Below, in pieces: positions 54,233 to 64,000 of a stretch of 64,000 nucleotides of DNA (its first letter is position 1; each line of letters starts with the position of its first letter). This stretch comes from Priapulus caudatus (Eukaryota), in assembly GCF_000485595.1 (NCBI RefSeq), contig NW_014577071.1, positions 1,023,506-1,087,505 on the forward strand. Direction: 5' to 3'. Under the pieces are notes generated by a model. The model was not told where the DNA came from. It saw only the letters and a program-made list of their open reading frames with translations, and ran no database searches. Both the position numbers and the translations under genes were made by a program.

Positions 54233-54448
54233 ACACCCATCTACACCATACAACCTCGGAGGCTCTTTGGTAACCAGGTGAGATTCCTGTATTTTACATA
54301 TTGAGACGAAATATATATATATTACATGATATTATATTTGCAGTTATTTACACCCATCTACACCATACAACCTCGGAGGCTCTTTGGTAACCAGGTGAGA
54401 TTCCTGTATTTTACATATTGAGACGATATATATATATATTACATGATA
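54233..54448 (+). repeat. Tandem duplication, 117-bp period, each copy containing a CAG|GTGAGA donor-like site
   Basis: ACACCCATCTACACCATACAACCTCGGAGGCTCTTTGGTAACCAGGTGAGATTCCTG... occurs at ~54233 and ~54350. Confidence 0.9.
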
Positions 54449-54912
54449 AATCGATATAAATGTGTGGGTTCGCGTACATGTGTGCGTGCATGCGTGCATG
54501 TGCGCATGTGTGTGAGCGCGTGCTTGTAGCGTGCTAGGTGTGACACGTTCGGTAGATACAACATTTAATCTATTTCCACTACCCTTGAAATTCATGCTCA
54601 ACTCAAAGAAGAGAAATATGCACATGCGGATTCAGTGAGCCATCGTTCCATATATTAATTCCATCGAAAACTGATTATCCGAGTCATTTTGAATTTATAT
54701 TCGCAGCCAGACTATGAAATCCTTCCAGTTTTACAAGCGATCGACGTTTGGTTTCAAAACATAATTAACTTACTATAATATTTTATTTTTGTGAAATTTT
54801 GCCGTGTTCGCGAAATGTAATCAACATTTCTGGTGCAGGCTGTTTGATTTGTGCCCGTAAATTTTCTACGCGTAATCTAAATGGCTTTTCACGTGGAAAT
54901 TAGCGGACACTA

Positions 54913-57574
54913 CTGGATGTATAACCATCGTTTAATACCCACAGTGCTGGCCGACGATTGAGTAACGGCATTGAACGGCAGTCGAGGACATTGCAATTCC
55001 ATGATAGTTCCGACGGCAGCGTAACTGCCACGACGCGTTGTCTTCAAATAAAGTAACGTAGACATGAAATCGATTAGCGTTTATTCGTGGATAAATGGAT
55101 CATATCTACATTGTTTCACTCTTGGTTAGTTTAGCCGGACCCACGTGAAATGTGTCGAACGTGCATCAAGCATCTAGTCCAGCAGATAAAATGAATCTTT
55201 TAGGAGAATCTGTCAAATTGTGAGACAGGCACCAAATTGCTGGACTAATCACCCAGCGACGAGCAACGATGTAATAAAGTCAGTACTGCATGTCACATTT
55301 TTGTCTCTCTGTAGACTGTACTCACAGAGCAATGTACCCCGCAATGAAAAATGATTAAACAGGAGATAAACGCGTTCCATCTACAATTAGTGTTAGCCGG
55401 TTGGTGTTGCGTCATGTCGAGTGGAACAATACGAAACAAATGAAATGGTATGAGTTTAATTATATGCTTTCCTCCAATCTCGTATGCTTTATATTTATTG
55501 CATGCGCTTGGCAATAAACTGCTGCGTCTGGTAGCTAGGTTATGCTGATTTCTATTTATGCAATTTCACTGTCTTTGCGCTTATTTGATTAGCAACAAGG
55601 TAGTGTCATATGATAAAACAGATTATTAATACTAACTTTTTTCACGAAAACTTACGAAAGTATTATTGTGAGACTGCTTGCAGCGGGAGTATGTTACGGC
55701 TAAGAAAGCTTTTGTTACATCGTAATTTAAACTCTAACATATGGCAGATTAGCTATAAATGGCGAATGTTTATAAAAGTAAACGCGTTAGAAATATTTCC
55801 CAATAGACCTGCTATAAATCTAAAGCCTGACATGTCGATTTCTAGCAAAATATATACCATTAGCGTAAAAAGCCATCAGACAATATGGGAGATTAAAAAA
55901 AACATCTTTGCTAAATTTGATCCTAAAAACGTGGTGCCAACCTGTTATTTCTAAAAACCTTAGAGATTTGAGAGAGATTTTAGAAATTTGCGTGCATGCA
56001 CGATTTCGTGCGCGGGTTATTGACGTTCCTGCCACCGAGCAAGCGTGCACAGCACAACTTAAATTTCAATCTACACATGCACTAGCTGGTGAGAAAATGC
56101 AATAGAATAATTTCGTCGGGCAGACAACGGACTTCTACCGCATCAAGGATGTGACACAATGAATACACACGCACACGCGCTCGCACACACACGCATGCAC
56201 GCACACACGCTCGCACACACACACGCATACGCACACACGCACGCACGCACGCACGCACATGCGCTTGCTACGGGAGAATCAATGAAACACTAACAACATC
56301 GGCTCTGTATTCGCTGAATATGACCCCTGTCGGTCCTTGCTAAGTTTAAGCGATAGCGAAAACATCTCTCTATAACCTGCTACAGTACGCAGCACGAGGT
56401 TTTACATATATATATATAATGTGTCTCTGTGCACAGCTCAATTGTGATACATGTAAGGATATATATATCTATTGTAATTTTAATAACATACGGTATAATA
56501 ATTAGGTAAAACGGCTTTCTATCGCTAATCTAATAATATAACCATTCATTACCAAAAAAATAATTAAAAGAAGCCAGTTGGCAAAAAGAGCGCGAAAACT
56601 TTTCGATAAATTTCAGAAGGCTGGGGCATCGTAAGATCACCGCTATCGGCGTTGCGTCGACTCAGCCTAGAATATTGTTGATCCATTGTTGTTGCTATGT
56701 TGATTGATGATGTCGTCTGCATAACAATCAGGCATCACGCGACGGGAAAGACGATCAGTTACATCGGCACAATATAAATACAGGTCTCAAGTGATAGCGG
56801 CTATAGACCTGTCGACGTACGCGAGCAGCTTTTAGCAAATGAGTTTACTGAATAGTGTCACCGGGGTAGGGGTGTTCATTCATTATTTTAATTAGTGTGC
56901 GCGTCGAAATTAGAATATTATATTGATAATTAGCAGGAAACAATGTAGACACTGAATTCCGGCAACTATTTTGCATCCTATGCGAAAATATTTAATATGC
57001 ATCAGCGGTTTCATGCCCGAATTAATTAGGCGGATAGCACCGCCTCCGAGCAAACATATGCAAATTAGTTCATACTACCTCTTGTTTCAAATCCCCTGTA
57101 ACCTTTCTGGATCGATATTAATTATTAATTAAAAGGAAAATCTATGCGAGAAAGGTTTTTCCAATATCGAGTAACATCCGCTGTTTGATAGAGTTCCTGT
57201 GTTGAGTAAAATGGCTTCATCACTTTTTTCTCCGGCTGTGTTATTTTCCACCGGCTATACGCTTATAGAGTTATAGAGTATTGACGTTGCTGATGTGAAA
57301 GCCACGAGCGTTGCTTCTGGATGTATATCTATCGTTTAACACAGACAGTGCTGGCCGACGATTGGAGTAACGCTATTAAACTTCAAGCCGGCATTGAACG
57401 GCAGTCGAGGTTACTGCAATTCTATGATAGTTCCGACGGCAGCGTAACTGCCACGGCGCGTTGTCGTCAACTAAAATAACGTAGACATGAAATCGATTAC
57501 CGTTTATTCGTGGATAAATGGATCATATCTACATTGTTTCACTCTTGGTTAGTCCAGGACCCACGTAAAATGTG
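54913..57574 (+). repeat. Pair of ~240-260-bp direct repeats (54913-55155 and 57317-57574)
   Basis: Shared CAGTGCTGGCCGACGATTG...GTAGACATGAAATCGATT...CTCTTGGTTAGT...GACCCACGT, with scattered substitutions and one ~19-bp indel. Confidence 0.85.
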
Positions 57575-57639
57575 GCAAACGCAGAACAAACATCACCCAG
57601 AGACGAGCTAATTATATGTAATTATTATTGGCTTATAGA

Positions 57640-57985
57640 TTTGATCTCTCTTCTTCTTGGATATGCTATCTTATTCCTTCGTGTAAGAATTACCCATAGG
57701 GTCCTGCGAAATATTTTGGTGGCTATCAAGACGAACAGAATCATTAGATGGCTTGGGCACGTCTTTTGTGTCGATGTCTCAAAAAGTATAACAACGGTAA
57801 CTATTGGCGTATTACCAACAGTAAAATGCAAACGCAGGTGAAAACAATCAGACCTTGGCCAGGGACAGTGGTCATGGGGCTAAAAGAGATTGGTTTTTTG
57901 ATGGGGAAACAATGCAGGAATCTTTTTGTCTGACGGAGCTTTCCTGCCTTTCCATCGACCGGCAACCGTCATAACACAAATGGAG
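57640..57985 (+). mobile_element. Decayed 3' end of an RTE-clade LINE (ORF2 C-terminus)
   Basis: Translation IKTNRIIRWLGHVFCVD...VLPTVKCKRR, then after a stop/frameshift RPWPGTVVMGLKEIG. This resembles the RTE C-terminal pattern RRLRWLGHVxRM...GKRxRGRPxxTWxxxVxxxLKxxG. Confidence 0.6.
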
Positions 57986-59230
57986 TAATATATGCGAGCT
58001 GGTACAAAAATAGCATACAAAAATTCTCCCTGTCAGAAGCAGTAATCACTACATCAACAGCAGTCCGATGTTGTAAAGAGCTAATAATTTATTTTTATAC
58101 CCAACGAGTACAGTCACGCGTTCACCAAATTTCTCGCCATCTTTACAATTCTTAATTACCCAGAGCAACAACGGATTCCACCCGAAGTGCATGGCAGCAA
58201 AACCTCAGTCTGAATTGTGTAAACGAATTAGCACTAGCATCGCAACAATCCTAGATTTTGCGGCGGGCAATTACGATAAACGTTTGATAACGTTGCAATT
58301 AAATTAAAGCTGCCTCGAGCACGTTTAAATTAGAACATTTAAACTAAATCTGTTATTTTTTATATAAAATAAACTCTTTCAACAGATCGACACGTCCAGC
58401 TGTTGCTGAGAGAGGCAAACTTCACCGCCGGTAGATTGTTTAATTAATTGCATTATCGTACATAAACTATATACATCAAAGCACACATTTCGATTAAACA
58501 TTGTAAAACCGGCAAAGTAAATGCCAATGTTCTCAATTTCCGTGTGTACTCTGCTAGCTCTTGGTTGTTTGTTCGCTTAGTTGGTTCGTTGTTTTATAGC
58601 CCTACTTGGTAGCAAGCCACTACCTTGCCCGCCCCCATCCCCATATGACATTTTCAGCTATTCCTGTGTCTTTTCCCTAGTCCGTCGCAAGATTTGCCCA
58701 ACTAAACACCTCGAAAACAAGACAAAATAAAAACGAAAACCATGAAACCAAAATTACAAAATCGCGTTAGACAATTTCTGTGCGATAAATGAAATAAGCA
58801 ATTTTTCCCTACAGATAAATGTCGCTACGACACACGCGCAGCAAAGTTGCCGACGTGCGTAACTGCTAGCCAGCGAGTCACACCGACCGCCCCTCGATTT
58901 CACTAACCCATCATGATCAATTCGGCCTAGAGATGACCCCCGATTCCCCCTAGCCATTTGCGCTGTTTTAAAAACCTGCCAAAACAATATCCGCTGCTCG
59001 TACAGGCCTTATTAGCCCAGCGGTCTCCACGCAATCGCTCATTAGGAGGCTAGAAATTGCATGCACCACGCTGTCTCGCAACAACGTCATGAAAGCTAAA
59101 GAAAACCCTTGTTGAAGCTTTTTATACGTGGAAACAGATGAACAAGAAAGAGCATGTGTGGCTATCTCCTTGGCCCTATATATAGTATATATATATATAT
59201 ATATATATCTATATATATATATATATATTC

Positions 59231-59276
<46 letters not shown>

Positions 59277-59496
59277 TATTCACATATACATATATATTTA
59301 TATATGTATATTTAATATATTCGTTAAATGCAATACTGTAAATTAAAACTATGCATATAAATAAACGAATGATAACCAATGCCCAAGGTTAAGATTATAG
59401 TACGAAATATATAAACGTTGATAACGTTTAACAGCTAGGTACGTCATACTACAAATTAACACAAATTAACATCAACAAATTAACACACCGTAAATA

Positions 59497-59649
59497 TCAA
59501 GAGTGGCTTTCATCGAAATTCCACGATTTAGATGGAGGAGTAGGAAGCCATAGAGATGACACCTCCCAGTACAGGCTGCGAGACTCTACCAGCTTGAAGA
59601 GGAGCACCACAGCAGTCACTTTGAATATTGTCTCTCCAAAGAGGATGAC
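59497..59649 (-). CDS. GPR180: GPR180 terminal coding exon (TM7 and tail)
   Basis: Acceptor TTTTACTAG|; VILFGETIFKVTAVVLLFKLVESRSLYWEVSSLWLPTPPSKSWNFDESHS*; 153 nt. Confidence 0.92.
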   Translation of the reverse strand, partial: VILFGETIFKVTAVVLLFKLVESRSLYWEVSSLWLPTPPSKSWNFDESHS

Positions 59650-62600
59650 CTAGTAAAAGCGCGAGTATGAGATGGCGAGGCACCCCACCCACAAACATTT
59701 CTGCACACACAACACCACTCATGATCACTTGATCCTTACTTATCGTTTCCTAATGACTACGCGTTGCTTGTTTATAGCATTTTGAAAATTGTGTGATATA
59801 TATATATATAGAACTATACTTTCTGATAATTAATGAAAGGGTCAATGACACCTGTAGCTCACCAAAAAAGACACAAATGAGTGAGTGAGAAGAAGTCAGT
59901 TTTAATTGAGCAACCATTCAACGTACATTATAGAAACGAAGAGTATATATGGGAGAACTCCCATTATATACTCTTGATATATATGTGTAATTTTTTATGT
60001 GAAAATAATAAATAATATTATATATAAATTATAAATAATTTATAAACCAAATGAATCCCAATTTGTGACGGTAGAGTGGTGCTATACCCGCTTTATGTTT
60101 CTTAGCATAAATCATATATCATAATAATAATATAATAATAATATAGTAAATCATAATATGTTCATAGCAGGAATTTTGCATTGAAGATATTGTCAATGAA
60201 ATCTTGTAAAACGAACAGACGAGTGTGACACCACAGACTGTTTGTTATCTGCGTGTCTATATAATATGCTATAATAATTCCATACCCTACCTAATTTGCA
60301 TAATTTTTTTAAATATCAAAACCCTAGCCCTTATCATTCACATACCAAAAATGAGCAAAAATCCGTTGAACCTGAACTGACTAATGGCAATCCCATTTTT
60401 GCCAAAAAATTGCCGGTGGCTCGAAAGTACGTCGACTGGCGTGCTCCAAAATAGGACGTTTAATGGGAGCATAGCAGTACAACTATACCCAATTTCAAAC
60501 ATGTGGTCAAACTGTTCCTGAGTTATCGTTGACCATGCGCAAATGTTTAACGGACGAACGGACGCACGCACGGCACGCACGGGCGGACGTATAACGACAA
60601 CGACCCATGGCAATAGCTCAGCTTGACGATGTCAAGGTGAGCTAAAAATTGGTGTAAACCTGTAGGATTTTATAAATCTAGTCTTCCTTTTCAAGCTCAC
60701 TTACTTATATTACAGGACTTGCTTTTACTGTACTTACCCTTAGCCACAGGTGAGGGGAGACCAAACAGGAAAGCGCCCACAAAATTGGGTAGCTCAAAAA
60801 CCACATCAAACAGACCTGTAATACCAGAATTTTAATGAATTTCCTTACTCTTTTAGGGTTCACAGTTTACTACTAAATTTTACAGGTAATATCAACAGAG
60901 ACACCAAGCTATTTGGCAAATTGCCCCCCAAATTAATTACTCAACTAAATTGATTGGTAACTTTTGCATAGTTCTTTTGCTTGGTTATCGCTATTATATC
61001 GACAATGTTACGAACTATGCCCGTGTGTCTGTTACAGTTCAGAATGACTCTTTTGGATAAAACGTAATTTCAGACAGCCAAAGGCCAGATAATCATCACT
61101 CTACTGTGTTAATTCAGTTCTGTGTTTAGAAGGGCAGGATAACTCTAAGTAAAAGGTTTTTTTGTAATGGAAACAGTGTCGGATATCTGCTTTACCTGAT
61201 ATGGACACAATGACCTCTGCTGTTTAAAAGCCCTTCCCTCAGTTAATTTTAATCTGATATACATACACGTGCAAGAAAACAGCATCAACCCTACAGGGAC
61301 ATGCACAAGAACTGGCATCTCTCACTATTTACGATCCTTATTGCGAATTAACAGCACATGATATCTATAAAATCCCACTCACCTTAGTAAAACTCCTATA
61401 GAAGTCCTTCTTCAACACGCTTCTTTCTCTGCTCAATAGGTTATTGACGTTTGCCACGAGCACAGAAGCCATACCCAGGTTCAATATCACTTGTAAAAGT
61501 CCTGCGTCACTGCGGTAACCGAGGTATCCAGTGTACTTTCCGCTCAGTAGCTGGGTCCACGCAAACAACAACATCTACAAAGTGGTGAAATGAGCAATTT
61601 ACAAAAACTGCTATCTGTTTTGAATATGACCGTGCAAAATAACTTCAGTTTCGTCTCTGATATATTCAGAATCTTTCATCATAAGACGATTTTTATATCT
61701 ATACATCACACATATACCTAAAATGCACTCATGGAGTTGTGCACTTATCAAGTTAAGCGCCATGTTATACTTAGTGATGTCATACACAGGCACTCAGAGA
61801 GTAATAGCACACAAATACATCGAAATTAATATTTATTTATTAATGCCAAACGAAGGTCGCTTCCAGACGTCTACAGCTATAATTCCTCAAACCTTTCAAC
61901 ATTCAGTTCAGTGACACGCTAAGTCAAGTAATTAATTATTACTCAAACACATTTAATTGTACGACCATGAAAAGACTAAATGCATCCTATACGATCACCA
62001 CTGAAACACTAGGGCTGTGCGCGACAGGCCGTCTACTTAAACTTGCGCCATTACGTGCACGAATAGACATGATTACCTGCACGATTAGCAGACCCGTGAA
62101 TGCCCTGAAGGGTGGGATGAGCGTCGCCTGGCTAATGTGTGGCCACGTGCCTGCCAGCATCCATCCGAGGGAGATGTATAACATCACGTAGCCCATCACC
62201 GCTTGTGAAACCATGTCGCAAACTGCAAAGACACATTGCTACAAGTAACCGCCCAGCACACAGTACACACGGAATATGAAAGCAGTAGTGCTAAGAGCTC
62301 TCCATATAATCGCCCGACTGAATGCCCTCTTTAAGGTCAGAGTGAATGAGCTCGCCTAGAGGTAACCTGTACTCAAGTTGTTTGAACAAGATCGGTTGTA
62401 ATATGAAACCCTTAATTTGGGCAGCCATCATTACAGCGAACATATCCTTTGTTTATTACTAAACCATGCTAACCGAGTTACGAGCAAAGATAAATTGTCT
62501 GCAATTTCACTTCGATTGATAATAAGAGCAAGGAAGCCACTCACGTAAAGAGAATGTTTCGATGGAGGGAAGGCCTTCTCCGTTTGAAGCAAATCTATTA

Positions 62601-63982
62601 ACAGAAATACCGCAATAACAAACACGATTATCTCAAACTAATCCAAAGATGACGATCACTGGACAAGGGCATGCACTACACTCCTTGTGCTTAACACAGC
62701 ATTTCAGTAGCTACGAATCCAAGCCCCAAGTACGTCATATACTGTTACACTAGAATAAAAATCCATACCAAAACAAATGCAGGCAATGCAGACAAGCCAT
62801 TCGGTATCTTTCCTATACCCCAGCAATATGAAAACGAGGACATAGTAGTTGTTTTTGTTAAAAATTCCGTGGCAGTACCCACACAATTACTTGGCAACAC
62901 CGCCAAAGTATACAAATGACAGTATTAACGATTTTATGCACAGACAATGTGAACGTCGAATTCTGCCAATACCAACACACCCAACACTAATTGTGTTTTT
63001 TTCCAATTATTTTTTTACACATCTCATTAGATATGCTAAGTTTTAATTGCAATGATTACTCAACAACTGATGATTATGGTAGGAGACATTAATTAAGTTA
63101 TAATTTACTCATAAACAATGCCCATCCCCATATCGTTGTCAAAATTCAAAGGAGTAGTATAGTATGGTAGCAATTGGACATACTTTTATGCATTACCAAC
63201 TGAAAATATTGTTCGCTTGTCGTTAGTAACGAACATTTTGTTGTAATGCAACTAACAGGCATGCAGTAACGCGAGACATTTACACCCATACCTTGTAAGA
63301 TGAGTTGCCATGAAGAATGCTGATAGGCATGTGCCCAACACACAGATGGATAGTGCTTGGAAGACTGCATGCATTGGTGTTCCCCTTATCACTGCCTCAT
63401 AGACTTGTGGTGCGTAGATACACATGAGGATGAACGTTAACAATACTAGGATGCCATAGAATGTAAGCAGCCCTAAAACAGAACAACCACTCAACCTATA
63501 ATTTAAGATATTAAAGTGTCTTTCCATTTTCCCTTCTTCTCTTCCTTCACATTCGATTCTCTATTTCAGGCTAGTATAATACTGAACATCAACAGCCAAG
63601 GTATACACACCATCACCTTGCACAGACTTCTGTTAACAATACGACAATGAAAACAGAAACATATTACATTACCCTGACCATGAAATAGCAAAGGTGAATA
63701 ATGACAGGGGCGTGAATAACGACAGCGGTGAATTCCGTCATTATTTACCCCCTGGAACTATAGTCAACTCGCGAGAACACCTACCCCTCTGTTCGACGCT
63801 GAAGTGGTTGGTGGCATTTCCGACGACGTCCGGGTTCATGAGTAGCAGCGTATACTCCATGTAATTCGGCGTCAGCATCACCGTCATCGTGCAGGTGTAG
63901 ATGTCCGCGTAAACCACGTGCCAGGTCATCGGTGCGCCTCCCGGCGGCATTACCTGCACTCTGCTACTGGCGCTGACTCGAT
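59497..63982 (-). CDS. GPR180: GPR180 (integral membrane protein GPR180/ITR, GOST family) orthologue; last seven coding exons, 5' exons outside the window
   Basis: Spliced exons 63982-63785, 63472-63292, 62594-62545, 62222-62077, 61574-61383, 60815-60738, 59649-59497 join in frame with GT-AG sites. Motifs WHVVYADIYTC, LMNPD..GN..NHFS, PMHAV, ERSVLKKDFY..FTK, WFL.YP and SLYWEVSSL match vertebrate GPR180 as I recall it. Confidence 0.93.
60214..60648 (-). mobile_element. Helentron-type non-autonomous element (HINE/DINE-1-like) in the last GPR180 intron
   Basis: Minus strand begins TTTTTAGCTCACCTTGAC-ATC-GTCAAGCTGAGCT (T-run plus stem-loop at 60615-60648), followed by a (GTCC/GTGC)n tract at ~60550-60590. 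This is the HINE layout; the other boundary is approximate. Confidence 0.65.
60738..60815 (-). CDS. GPR180: GPR180 exon (TM6)
   Basis: TATTACAG| VCLMWFLSYPILWALSCLVSPHLWLR |GTAAGT; 78 nt, phase 0-0. Confidence 0.9.
61383..61574 (-). CDS. GPR180: GPR180 exon (TM5 region)
   Basis: CTTTGTAG| MLLFAWTQ...ERSVLKKDFYRSFTK |GTGAGT; 192 nt, phase 0-0. Confidence 0.92.
62077..62222 (-). CDS. GPR180: GPR180 exon (TM3-TM4)
   Basis: CTTTGCAG| (L)CDMVSQAVMGYVMLYISLGW...LLIVQ |GTAATC; 146 nt, phase 1-0. Confidence 0.9.
62545..62594 (-). CDS. GPR180: GPR180 50-nt exon
   Basis: TTAATAG| (R)FASNGEGLPSIETFSL |GTGAGT; phase 2-1. Confidence 0.88.
63292..63472 (-). CDS. GPR180: GPR180 exon (TM1-TM2)
   Basis: GTTTTAG| (G)LLTFYGILVLL...GTPMHAVFQAL...ATHLT(R) |GTATGG; 181 nt, phase 1-2. 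Confidence 0.92.
63785..63982 (-). CDS. GPR180: GPR180 exon (luminal domain); 5' boundary uncertain
   Basis: ...APMTWHVVYADIYTC...YTLLLMNPDVVGNATNHFSVEQR(G) |GTAGGT. Acceptor inferred at TTTCTTTGAG|. Confidence 0.85.
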
Positions 63983-64000
63983 CTCAAAGAAAGTAATAAA

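Noticed and set aside
59528..59728. 66-aa ORF listed in the track
   Set aside because: Wrong frame; the real exon is the overlapping frame encoding SLYWEVSSL.
63741..63959. PEBP-family call from YTLLLMNPD
   Set aside because: Flanking motifs and six further in-frame exons identify it as GPR180.

Overview
Eukaryotic (invertebrate animal-like) genomic DNA from a gapped draft assembly, dominated by microsatellites, minisatellites and small non-autonomous DNA transposons. Two protein-coding genes can be supported, both on the minus strand. (1) The first coding exon (N-terminus to TM3) of a rhodopsin-class peptide GPCR at 6546-6973. It ends at a phase-2 intron inside the E/DRY motif, and no TM4-TM7 exons are recognisable in the window. 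(2) Seven spliced exons of a GPR180 (intimal-thickness-related receptor, GOST family) orthologue at 59497-63982, whose 5' exons lie beyond the window end. The window opens with (CCCTAA)n telomere-type repeats, but a second such array sits between inverted repeats, so position 1 may not be a true chromosome end. The block 13720-20360 is an indel-rich copy of 5963-12595 and is probably an assembly artefact from uncorrected long reads; several satellite blocks also look like raw-read noise. Other elements: a PIF/Harbinger MITE with TTA TSD, several other TIR elements, a Helentron-type non-autonomous element, a decayed RTE-LINE 3' end, recurrent 37-46 bp palindromes and an orphan TATA promoter candidate. 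I found no convincing novel multi-gene system; the best leads are the telomeric-repeat-carrying MITE, the mini-palindromes and the orphan GPCR exon.
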